Source of the DNA: Candidatus Bipolaricaulia bacterium
Lineage (GTDB): Bacteria; Bipolaricaulota; Bipolaricaulia; JBHIAT01
Direction: 5' to 3'
Length of the DNA: 14,952 nucleotides
Assembly: GCA_046758705.1 (NCBI GenBank)
Contig: JBHIAT010000084.1
Coordinates: 1-14,952, forward strand
Shown: positions 7,379 to 14,888 of the stretch, piece by piece
Layout of the letters: the number at the start of each line of letters is the position of its first letter
Numbering within the stretch: the first letter of the stretch is position 1
Made by a program: the position numbers and the translations under genes
Notes under the pieces: model-generated
The model's database searches: none
What the model saw: the letters and a program-made list of their open reading frames with translations, nothing else
Told to the model about the DNA's origin: nothing

Positions 7379-8644
7379 TCACCTCCAATCCAAGGCGGTT
7401 ATAGAGGTCTCTAGAAGTTCAACGATCAGGTCGATCTCATCCCTGTTGATGCTCAGTGGAGGAGCGATCAACAGGTGGTCATGTGCTATGGAGCTTCGTG
7501 GGTAGAGGATCAGGCCCTGCTGGAACGCTTGCTCGGTTAACACCAGGCTCAACGGTCTCCGTTTGTGAGATATGTCTCTCCCGAACTCTAAAGCCAGCAG
7601 CAACCCCTTGCCCCGCACGTCGGTAATGAGCTCATAGCCCTTAGAAAACTCTCTTAACCTTTCCAGCAGATATTCCCCCATCACCTGAGCGTTGTCGACC
7701 AGCTTTTCCTCCTGGATGATCTTAACGACCTCCAACCCCACAGCGCATGCCAAGGGATTGCCCTGATAGGTGAAGCCATGGAAAAATCGACCAGATCCTG
7801 TCCGGAGTCTTTCCACAATTGCTTCCCGGGCGATAACGGCCCCCAAGGGGCAGTAGCCACTGCCCAGTCCTTTCCCTCCGATGAGTATGTCTGGGATGAC
7901 ATCGTAATGCTCGATGGCGAAGAACTTTCCTGTTCTGCCGAAGCCGACCATCACCTCATCGGCGATCAGCAACACATCATGTTGATCGCAAATCTGACGA
8001 ATCATTCTGAGGTACTCCTGCGAAGGCACTAGAGCTCCACTGGAGGCCCCACCGATGGGTTCGATGATCAAGGCTGCGATGCTCTCCTCCCCTTGCTCTT
8101 GGATCAGTTTCTCCAGCTCCCAAGCGGCGTCAGGGTCTTGCCCAGGGTAGGGGGCAGAGATTTTCGGGAAATCGATGAGGATCGATCGGTAAGGCTCCTG
8201 GAGTTCCTCGCGATAACTGGCCGAGAGCGCTGCCAGGGTAGAACCGTGATAAGATGGCCGAAGCGAGACGATCTTATATCTGCCCCGATCTCCTCGCTCG
8301 ACGTGATACTGCCAGGCCAGCTTGAAAGCGCTCTCTACAGCTTCCGAGCCCCCGGAGACGAAGAAGACCTGGCTGAGATCTCCAGGAGCTAATCTGGCCA
8401 GTTCATGGGCCAGTTCTTCAGCGGGTTGGCTGGTGAACTTGCTCCCATGGGCGAACGGGAGCTTTTGGGCTTGCCTGATCATGGCCTCGATAACCCGCCG
8501 GCGTCCGTAACCGATGTTGACCACCACCGCTCCGGATGCTGCATCGAGGTAGCGGTTTCCCGCGCTATCATAAAGATAGATGCCCTCCCCTCTGTCGATA
8601 ATGGGAAGGCGTTTTCTTAGATCTCTATAGAGGATGTTTGACAT
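7379..8644 (-). CDS. Class III PLP-dependent aminotransferase (omega-amino acid / BioA-like family)
   Basis: Motifs GEGIYLYD..GNRYLD, SGGSEAVE, SYHGST, IIEPI, ADEVMVGFGRTG...PDILIGGKGLGSGY (PLP Lys), HGFTYQGNP and VRGKGLL. Confidence 0.93.
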   Translation of the reverse strand: MSNILYRDLRKRLPIIDRGEGIYLYDSAGNRYLDAASGAVVVNIGYGRRRVIEAMIRQAQKLPFAHGSKFTSQPAEELAHELARLAPGDLSQVFFVSGGSEAVESAFKLAWQYHVERGDRGRYKIVSLRPSYHGSTLAALSASYREELQEPYRSILIDFPKISAPYPGQDPDAAWELEKLIQEQGEESIAALIIEPIGGASSGALVPSQEYLRMIRQICDQHDVLLIADEVMVGFGRTGKFFAIEHYDVIPDILIGGKGLGSGYCPLGAVIAREAIVERLRTGSGRFFHGFTYQGNPLACAVGLEVVKIIQEEKLVDNAQVMGEYLLERLREFSKGYELITDVRGKGLLLALEFGRDISHKRRPLSLVLTEQAFQQGLILYPRSSIAHDHLLIAPPLSINRDEIDLIVELLETSITALDWR

Positions 8645-8700
8645 ATTCTACTATGGGTCGATCGTACTTTCGTCTCTCGGTTCCGGTCGAATAGATCTCC

Positions 8701-9093
8701 TTACCATACAGTCTCGACCTGATCTGAGTCCCGGAGAATTTGATCTTTGGTGAGAATCGTCGCTTCATAGTGCCGGGCTGTAGCTGCAATGATCCGGTCA
8801 TGAATGCTGAAAGCCTCGGACAACTTCAGCATGATCTGGAAGACCTCGAAGTCAAAGGGGATAACAACAAAGCCATCCGCTTGTTCCACCTGCTCTAGGA
8901 TTTTCTCAATAGTTGTCTCGATCCGCTTCTGCTGAGTGATGTAATGCAGCTCAGCCAGCACGATGGTCGGAATCAAGACCTCCACCTCAGCAATCTCCCC
9001 TTGCCTCAGGATCTCCCGAGCCTGTTGTGACAATTTCTTATCCTTGGCGATAAACCATCCAAGACTGTGGGCATCAGCAACGTAGATCTTCAT
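8701..9093 (-). CDS. PIN-domain (VapC-like) toxin
   Basis: YVADAHSL, PTIVLAEL, IHDRIIAATA and ILTKD acidic-residue pattern; 130 aa; starts 3 nt after the antitoxin stop. Confidence 0.9.
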   Translation of the reverse strand: MKIYVADAHSLGWFIAKDKKLSQQAREILRQGEIAEVEVLIPTIVLAELHYITQQKRIETTIEKILEQVEQADGFVVIPFDFEVFQIMLKLSEAFSIHDRIIAATARHYEATILTKDQILRDSDQVETVW

Positions 9094-9096
9094 GCG

Positions 9097-9309
9097 CTAA
9101 TCCTCGAAGCTGTAAGCATCCTCAAACACGGCCCGTTCGGCTTCTTCGAAGTCCTCTTCGGTGATCTCAACACCTTCCCAGAGCCCTTCGAGCTTAGTGG
9201 TGCGTTTCTCTCCTTCTAGCTTGTGACCGATCAGCTCACGCAACCGGTCGAGCTCCTTCTGAATGGCCTCAAGCCGGGTGAGGACGTAAGAAGATGTCTT
9301 GTCCGTCAT
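9097..9309 (-). CDS. Putative antitoxin
   Basis: 70 aa with an acidic tail (KLEGLWEGVEITEEDFEEAE), SD GGGAGG, and position directly upstream of the PIN gene. Confidence 0.8.
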   Translation of the reverse strand: MTDKTSSYVLTRLEAIQKELDRLRELIGHKLEGEKRTTKLEGLWEGVEITEEDFEEAERAVFEDAYSFED

Positions 9310-9345
9310 GATAGGCCTCCCAAAGGCTATTAGGAATTGCTATTT

Positions 9346-9390
9346 AGTATATCCTATCGAATTGCATCAAGTAAAATTACGGGGTAAAAT
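9346..9390. promoter_or_regulatory. Divergent promoter region
   Basis: Plus strand TTGCAT (9362-9367), 17 bp, TAAAAT (9385-9390) for ORF 9412. Minus strand TATACT (9351-9346) for the TA operon, with only a weak -35. Confidence 0.55.
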
Positions 9391-9411
9391 TCGATTGAGG
9401 AGAGATGAGCC

Positions 9412-9663
9412 ATGCAAAAAGAACAGCTGAGAGGTTATGAGTACCACGGCTTCTGCCAGTACTATCAAACTCCCATCGCCCGGTTGGTACTCGTCAATCG
9501 GACGGAGACCTACCTGCCCTATGACTGGCACGAGAAGGGATTCAACCGCTGTGGCAGGGAGCAGACCGGCCTGGACCTCCCGTGCTTCGGATGTGAACAT
9601 CATACCTGGAAGGAGGATTTGAATCGGGAGGAAGTGTTGCAGCGGTGGGTACCCGACACATGA
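9412..9663 (+). CDS. Small Cys/His-rich hypothetical protein, possibly metal-binding
   Basis: SD GAGGAG and a promoter upstream. Four Cys (15, 47, 58, 61) with a CFGCEHH motif. The paralogous 3' end at 13482-13532 differs mostly at synonymous sites. Confidence 0.65.
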   Translation: MQKEQLRGYEYHGFCQYYQTPIARLVLVNRTETYLPYDWHEKGFNRCGREQTGLDLPCFGCEHHTWKEDLNREEVLQRWVPDT

Positions 9664-9851
9664 TCGGTCACAATCACGGCGATTATCGATCAAGCGACTT
9701 CCTCTTATACAGATTGTCCCCACCCCAACACCGTATGGCATGACAAATGCCAGCCTGTTCGATGACCAGGATCATAGCATTGGCCAATCGAGTCAATTAA
9801 CTTAAATCAAGTATAAACAGGAGACCGTGAGCTATCGAGGAGGGATATATC
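9613..9851 (+). repeat. Direct repeat copy 1 (3' end of small ORF plus nirS upstream region)
   Basis: Aligns with 13482-13706: 47/51 identity over 9613-9663, a 34-bp identical block at 9735-9768, and shared aacttaaat and tatcgagg motifs up to the RBS. Confidence 0.92.
9735..9803 (+). promoter_or_regulatory. nirS promoter/operator region
   Basis: Palindrome TGGCAT-N5-ATGCCA (9736-9752). Crp/Fnr-like ATGAC-N4-ATCAT (9762-9775). Candidate -10 TAACTT (9798-9803) at class II activation distance. Confidence 0.6.
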
Positions 9852-11435
9852 ATGATCAAGCGTCGTGACAACCACTACCGGATTCGGATTCTCTCATTGC
9901 TGGTCATGGGGGTCCTAGTCACCCTCCTGATCGCTTACGATGGCGTCACACCCACTGTAGCGCCAGCAACAGTGTCAGCTGCTGATGAACCGATCGTTCG
10001 AGGCAAGCCGGTTTCAGCTTTCTTTCTGGACTCGTGTGCCGGCTGCCACGGCACCGATCGCCGCGGTGCCACCGGGCCGGCTCTGTTGCCCCAGCGCCTT
10101 ACCCAACCCGATTATTACTATTTCGATGTGATCAAGAACGGCAAACCGGGGACAGTAATGCCGCCGTGGGATGGGCTGCTCTCCGACGACGAGATCAATG
10201 CCCTGGTAGTCTTCATCCACAGCGAGCCAGCGGCTGGTTCGCTGGAGTGGACGCTGGAGGATATCAAGGCCAGCCTGGAGGTGCTTGTCCCGGAGAACGA
10301 GTTACCGGATGCTCCGACCCATAGTGGCAATCTGGACAACCTGATGCTGGTCACGGAGCGTGAGGCGCGAGCGATTGTCGTGATCGACGGTGACACGCAC
10401 AAGTTGCTTGGGAAGATCCCCGCCTCCTACCGCGCCCACGGCTACACCTTCTCCCCGGCCAACTCGCGCTGGGCCTACAACATGGGCCGTGACGGCTGGG
10501 TGTTCAAGATCGACCTGTACAGCCTGAAGTCGGTACGGAAGGTGCGCGTCGGGCTGGACTCCCGTGGCCTGGCCATCTCCGACGACGGCAAGTACCTCAT
10601 CGCCGGCAACTACATCCCCACCACCGCCGTCATCATGGACGCCAAGACCCTGGAACCACTGAAGGTCATTGTCACCGAGGGCGTTGACCCGGATGGTAAC
10701 TTCGTCCAGTCGCGGGTGTGCATCACCAGTGATGTCTCACCGGACCTGGTGGGCCCTTACTTTATTATTGCCCTGAAGGAGGCGGGACACGTCTGGCGCA
10801 TCGATTACTCCAGTCCAGACTTCCCTATTAAGAAGGTGGAAAACGCAGGGCGCATCCTGCACGACGGGTTCTTGAGCCCAGACAACCGATACTTCTACCT
10901 GGCGTCCCAGAAGGATAACTGGATGACCGTCATTGACGTGGCCAACTGGGAGTTGGTAGAAAAGATCTCCACAGGCGACACCCCACATCCCGGGTCCGGT
11001 GCTGTGTGGGAAGCCGATGGCACGATTTACGGCGCCACGGTCCACGCCGGAGAAGGTAAGGTCACCATCTGGGACCTGGAGACCAACGAAATCATGGGCA
11101 CCGTTCCCACCAAGGGACCTGGCCTGTTCATCCGCTCCAGCGAACACAGCCCCTATGTCTGGGCGGACGCCCTCTTCGGCGTGCCTGCCAACACCATCAC
11201 AGTCTTCAAGAAGGGGAAGCCCTTTGAGGTGGTGAAGGTCATCCAGGAAGGCGTCATGACTCTCCACCCGGAGTTCACCGCCGATGGAAAGTATGTTTAC
11301 ATCAGCGACTGGCAGGGGAACGTGGTGCGGGTCTACGATGCCGAGAGCTTGGAGAAGATCACCGAGATCTCCGGCATCACCACGCCCACCGGCATCTTCA
11401 ACGTGGGGCGGCGTCTGGAGACACTAGGGCACTGA
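9852..11435 (+). CDS. nirS: Cytochrome cd1 nitrite reductase
   Basis: N-terminal signal/anchor. Heme c motif CAGCHG.DRRGATGPAL and distal Met in PGTVMPPW. d1 beta-propeller with YRAHG, GRDGW, SRGLAIS, LHDG and PHPG histidines, HPEFT and TPTGIFNV. SD GAGGAGG. The paralogue NirN is not formally excluded. Confidence 0.85.
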   Translation: MIKRRDNHYRIRILSLLVMGVLVTLLIAYDGVTPTVAPATVSAADEPIVRGKPVSAFFLDSCAGCHGTDRRGATGPALLPQRLTQPDYYYFDVIKNGKPGTVMPPWDGLLSDDEINALVVFIHSEPAAGSLEWTLEDIKASLEVLVPENELPDAPTHSGNLDNLMLVTEREARAIVVIDGDTHKLLGKIPASYRAHGYTFSPANSRWAYNMGRDGWVFKIDLYSLKSVRKVRVGLDSRGLAISDDGKYLIAGNYIPTTAVIMDAKTLEPLKVIVTEGVDPDGNFVQSRVCITSDVSPDLVGPYFIIALKEAGHVWRIDYSSPDFPIKKVENAGRILHDGFLSPDNRYFYLASQKDNWMTVIDVANWELVEKISTGDTPHPGSGAVWEADGTIYGATVHAGEGKVTIWDLETNEIMGTVPTKGPGLFIRSSEHSPYVWADALFGVPANTITVFKKGKPFEVVKVIQEGVMTLHPEFTADGKYVYISDWQGNVVRVYDAESLEKITEISGITTPTGIFNVGRRLETLGH

Positions 11436-11461
11436 TCTTACTGCGGCAGAGATAACACACT

Positions 11462-11746
11462 GTGCATGTTCTTTACCTGCTGTCAGTCTGGCTGCACATC
11501 CTGGCTGCAGCGATCTGGATCGGGGGGATGGTCTTTCTAGCCCTGATTCTGGTCCCGGTGACCCGACGGCCAGAGCACCGAGGCATTGCTGTCTCCCTCA
11601 TCCACTGGACCGGGGTGCGCTTCCGTTGGGTGGGTTGGATCTGTCTGGGGTTGCTCCTTCTCAGCGGCATCTTTAACCTGGCCTACCTCTTGGCCTTGGT
11701 TGTGGTTGCTCTGGGGGTGATGCTGGTGCGAGGCTGGCCCTGGTAA
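11462..11746 (+). pseudogene. CopD/DUF4149-like membrane protein, apparently with an in-frame internal deletion
   Basis: WLHILAAAIWIGGMVFL...RFRWVGW...SGIFNLAY is joined directly to the terminal helix LLALVVVALGVMLVRG. Only 94 aa, GTG start, weak RBS. Confidence 0.6.
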
Positions 11747-11765
11747 ACCACGGTGGAGGCAAGCT

Positions 11766-12863
11766 ATGAAACCCCGATATCGCATCCATTTTCCTCTGAT
11801 GGGGCTGGGGATGATCGCCTTATTGACGGCTTTGTGGGCCGGGCTGGTACGCTTGGGCTGGAGGTTGCCTTCACTGCAGTCCACCCTACCCATCGCTCAC
11901 GGCCCCCTGTTCGTCTCCGGTTTTCTGGGCACCCTCATCGGCCTGGAGCGGGCGGTAGCGCTGGGCCGCCGTTGGACCTACGCTGTACCATTGCTGACCG
12001 GGCTGGGTGCTCTGACCCTGAGCATCGGCCTATCTGATCCACTTAGCCCGTTGCTCATCACCCTGGGCAGTTTGGGCTTTGTGGTCTTCTCTATCGTCGT
12101 CGTCCGTCGCCAACCCGCTCTTTTTACGGTCACCATGGAGCTTGGCGCGATGGTCTGGCTGGTGGGCAATGCCCTCTGGCTCTCAGGCTGGCCGATCTAC
12201 CGCGTCGGTCCTTGGTGGACCGGCTTCCTGGTGCTGACGATCGCGGGAGAGCGCCTGGAGCTGGCCCAGCTGTTGCGCCTTTCGGGCACGGGCCGCGCCA
12301 CCTTTCTGTTCGCTATAGGTCTCTTCCTAAGCGGGCTCGCCCTGACGGGTGTGGCCTTTGACGTCGGGGTACGCTTGACTGGAGTGAGCATGATCGCACT
12401 GACCCTGTGGTTGTTGGTCCACGACATCGTCCGATACACGGTGCGCAAGGCGGGACTGACCCGCTTCACCGCGATATGTCTGCTTGCCGGTTACCTCTGG
12501 CTGGGAACCGGTGGGGGGCTGGGATTGCTCTTCGGTGGCGTCGTGGCCGGACCACACTACGACGCCCTACTACACGCTTTCTTCCTGGGGTTTGTCTTCT
12601 CGATGATCTTCGGCCACGCACCGATCATCTTCCCGGCGGTGCTGGGCCTGTCTGTGCCCTTCCGACCAACTTTCTACGCCCACCTGATCTTACTACACCT
12701 GTCGCTGCTCCTGCGGGTGGTGGGGGATCTGGTAGGCTGGCTGTCGGGGCGGCAGTGGGGTGGGTTGCTCAACGTGGTGGTGTTGTTGCTGTTTTTAGTG
12801 AACACGGCGCGCTCAGTTCGGCAGGGGAACTCCCTGTCCGCCCCCCGCAGAGGTCGAAGATGA
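11766..12863 (+). CDS. NnrS-like polytopic membrane protein (NO/nitrite-associated)
   Basis: About 11-12 hydrophobic segments. Motifs AHGPLFVSGFLGTLIGLERAVA, LTIAGERLEL and DALLHAFFLGFVFSMIFGHAPIIFP. SD GGAGG. Confidence 0.7.
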   Translation: MKPRYRIHFPLMGLGMIALLTALWAGLVRLGWRLPSLQSTLPIAHGPLFVSGFLGTLIGLERAVALGRRWTYAVPLLTGLGALTLSIGLSDPLSPLLITLGSLGFVVFSIVVVRRQPALFTVTMELGAMVWLVGNALWLSGWPIYRVGPWWTGFLVLTIAGERLELAQLLRLSGTGRATFLFAIGLFLSGLALTGVAFDVGVRLTGVSMIALTLWLLVHDIVRYTVRKAGLTRFTAICLLAGYLWLGTGGGLGLLFGGVVAGPHYDALLHAFFLGFVFSMIFGHAPIIFPAVLGLSVPFRPTFYAHLILLHLSLLLRVVGDLVGWLSGRQWGGLLNVVVLLLFLVNTARSVRQGNSLSAPRRGRR

Positions 12864-12936
12864 ATCCCGGAAACAATGCTCCGAAGTGAGGTTATGCACC
12901 CACATTTGCTCCGGTGCCTGGTACCCCCACGCAAAC

Positions 12937-12966
12937 CTTGATCTGTAGGGAATCAAGATTTAGAAT
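12937..12966 (+). promoter_or_regulatory. Sigma70-type promoter of the hemerythrin gene with overlapping inverted repeat
   Basis: TTGATC (12938-12943), 17 bp, TAGAAT (12961-12966). Inverted repeat CTTGAT-N9-ATCAAG (12937-12957). Confidence 0.6.
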
Positions 12967-13002
12967 ATTGCTGTAAAAGTAATGCCGAGGAAGGGGGACA
13001 CC

Positions 13003-13479
13003 ATGAGCAAAGTGAGTGAGGCCATCCGCAACCACCATCGAGAACTCATGAGCACGCTGACGGCGCAGGTGACAGCTCTGGTGGAGGGCCGGCCGGAGGC
13101 CGACCCACAGATCCTGGCCGCTTTCCTGAAGGGTGATCTGCTGCCCCACGCCCTCGGCGAGGAGCAGCACCTTTATCCCGCCGTTGAGCCACTGGTTAAG
13201 GCCCACGGCCAGGCCACGGCCACCATGAGCGTAGACCACGAGTTTATCCAGAACTACATCCGCCAGATCGAAGAAACCACTCAGGCCCTCCGCACCGCTG
13301 GGGCAGATGAGCGGTCGGGTCTGGAAGGCCATCTCCAGCGTTTGGCCATGCAACTGGAGGCTGTGCTTCAACTCCACCTGGAGAAGGAGGAGCGGGTTTA
13401 TCTGCCCCTGTTCGAGCAGTATCTGTCGGAGGAGGAACAGCGACACGTGCTGGATGAATGGCATGCACGAGGCTTATAG
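13003..13479 (+). CDS. Hemerythrin (HHE cation-binding) domain protein
   Basis: Ligand pattern IRNHH, HALGEEQHLYP, MSVDH and HLEKEERVYLP. ATG 13003 follows the purine-rich RBS aggaaggggg; alternative start 12982. The C-terminus is possibly frameshifted near 13455. Confidence 0.88.
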   Translation: MSKVSEAIRNHHRELMSTLTAQVTALVEGRPEADPQILAAFLKGDLLPHALGEEQHLYPAVEPLVKAHGQATATMSVDHEFIQNYIRQIEETTQALRTAGADERSGLEGHLQRLAMQLEAVLQLHLEKEERVYLPLFEQYLSEEEQRHVLDEWHARGL

Positions 13480-13481
13480 CA

Positions 13482-13706
13482 GAGGATTTGAATCGGGAGG
13501 AAGCGTTGCAGCGGTGGGTGCCTGACACTTGATCGGCCGCGATCACGCCAATCATTGGATTAAACGACTCTCGGTCGTATCAGAATTATCCCAACATCGC
13601 ATGGCATGACAAATGCCAGCCTGTTCGATGACCAAAACCATAACATTTGACAATCTCGATCAACTTAAATTAGAATTAAAAAATTGTAGGTTATCGAGGG
13701 GGAAGC
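13482..13706 (+). repeat. Direct repeat copy 2 (remnant 3' end of a small-ORF paralogue plus regulator upstream region)
   Basis: 13482-13532 reads EDLNREEALQRWVPDT*. 13601-13634 is identical to 9735-9768. Confidence 0.92.
13601..13676 (+). promoter_or_regulatory. Regulator promoter: shared palindrome plus near-consensus sigma70 promoter
   Basis: TGGCAT-N5-ATGCCA (13602-13618), ATGAC-N4-ACCAT (13628-13641), and TTGACA (13647-13652), 18 bp, TAGAAT (13671-13676). Confidence 0.65.
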
Positions 13707-14888
13707 ATGGTCAGAGTTGGGGATTTGGTGTACTTCTCCTCCGACGCGGCCTTTGCCGTGGACCATGAGCTCCGGGTCGTAGCCTGGAACCGGCACGCCG
13801 AAGAGTTTCTCGGCTACCGGGCGCAGGAGGTCGTCGGCCGTTTCTGCTACGCTGTCCTCCAAGCCATCCTCCCCGATGGACAGGTTTTGTGCACCCCTCA
13901 CTGCCAGGCCGAGCTGTGTTTCGGCCACTGTCAACCTTATGCCATCCGAAGCTGCCTGGGCCGTCACAAGGACGGCCAATGGGTGAATCTGAGCCTGAGT
14001 AGTATGGCCATACCCAGGACTGCCCAGGATGATGGGATAGTGGCTGTCGTGTTTTTCCGACCGCTGGAAGCGTCCGATGAAACACCTGCCCCTGAGGCGA
14101 TGTTGCGGCTGTTCACCTTGGGACGGTTTAACATGGGGGTAGGAGACAAAGGTATCCCGTTCTACAAATGGGAGCGAAAGCAGGCATTGACGCTGCTGAA
14201 GTACCTCATCACCCATCGGGGACATGTGGTGCACCGAGAGCGTCTCATCGAGTGCCTGTGGCCCGGGGCAGCCGAGCACCAGGGGCGGGAGCGCCTCAAG
14301 GTGACGGTGTACTCCCTGCGGCGGGAGCTCCGCAGGGCCGGGGTTCAAGAGCAGATCATCGAGACAGTCGACGAGGCCTATATCCTGCGGCGGGAAGGGA
14401 TCTGGATGGACGCGGATGCCTTTGAAGCGCTTATCAAAGAAGGGTACAACCTGGAACGCCAGCATAAAGCAAAGGAGGCGCTCCGCCGCTACCAGAAGGC
14501 GGAAGACCTGTATCGGGGCGACTATATGGAGGAGGACCGGTACGCCGATTGGTGTGCCGAAGAGCGGGAACGACTGAAGGAGCTCCACCTGGATATGCTT
14601 GGCAGGATGGCGGAGTTGTACGCCGCTCATGGTGAATACGCCCAAGCAGCGCAGGTGTGTCGCAAGGTTCTGGTGCGGGAGCCCTGTCGGGAAAGCTTCC
14701 ACCGCGCCCTTATGGAGTACCTGTGGCATCAGGGCCGGCGGGACGAAGCACTGGTCCAATTTCACCACTGCAGGCAAGTGCTGGCAAACGAGTTGGACGT
14801 AGAACCGATGCCGGAGACGCAGCACCTCTATCAGCAGATCCTGCAATCCCCTCAAGAAAAAGCTTCCGTGACATCCTCCCGGCATTAA
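13707..14888 (+). CDS. SARP/AfsR-type transcriptional activator: Cys-rich PAS + winged HTH + BTAD
   Basis: PAS (DAAFAVD..RVVAWNRHAEEFLGY..EVVGR). wHTH (LRLFTLGRF...ALTLLKYL...RERLIECLWP...LKVTVYSLRREL). BTAD (DADAFE...LYRGDYM...W...ERERL...EPCRESFHRALM...ELDVEPMPET). Confidence 0.9.
   Translation: MVRVGDLVYFSSDAAFAVDHELRVVAWNRHAEEFLGYRAQEVVGRFCYAVLQAILPDGQVLCTPHCQAELCFGHCQPYAIRSCLGRHKDGQWVNLSLSSMAIPRTAQDDGIVAVVFFRPLEASDETPAPEAMLRLFTLGRFNMGVGDKGIPFYKWERKQALTLLKYLITHRGHVVHRERLIECLWPGAAEHQGRERLKVTVYSLRRELRRAGVQEQIIETVDEAYILRREGIWMDADAFEALIKEGYNLERQHKAKEALRRYQKAEDLYRGDYMEEDRYADWCAEERERLKELHLDMLGRMAELYAAHGEYAQAAQVCRKVLVREPCRESFHRALMEYLWHQGRRDEALVQFHHCRQVLANELDVEPMPETQHLYQQILQSPQEKASVTSSRH

Noticed and set aside
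8645-8700. Leaderless promoter or riboswitch ahead of the aminotransferase (no SD; TAGAAT abuts the ATG)
   Set aside because: The TAGAAT is too close to the start to serve as its -10 and no convincing RNA structure is visible.
9583-9603. CFGCEHH as a heme c attachment site
   Set aside because: It is CxxCxH rather than CxxCH, and the protein lacks a signal peptide.
9367-9741. 124-aa minus-strand ORF
   Set aside because: Overlaps the better-supported plus-strand ORF 9412-9663 and promoter sequence.
12892-13464. 190-aa minus-strand ORF (and the 160-aa alternative-frame ORF 12407-12889)
   Set aside because: Shadows of the hemerythrin and NnrS-like genes.
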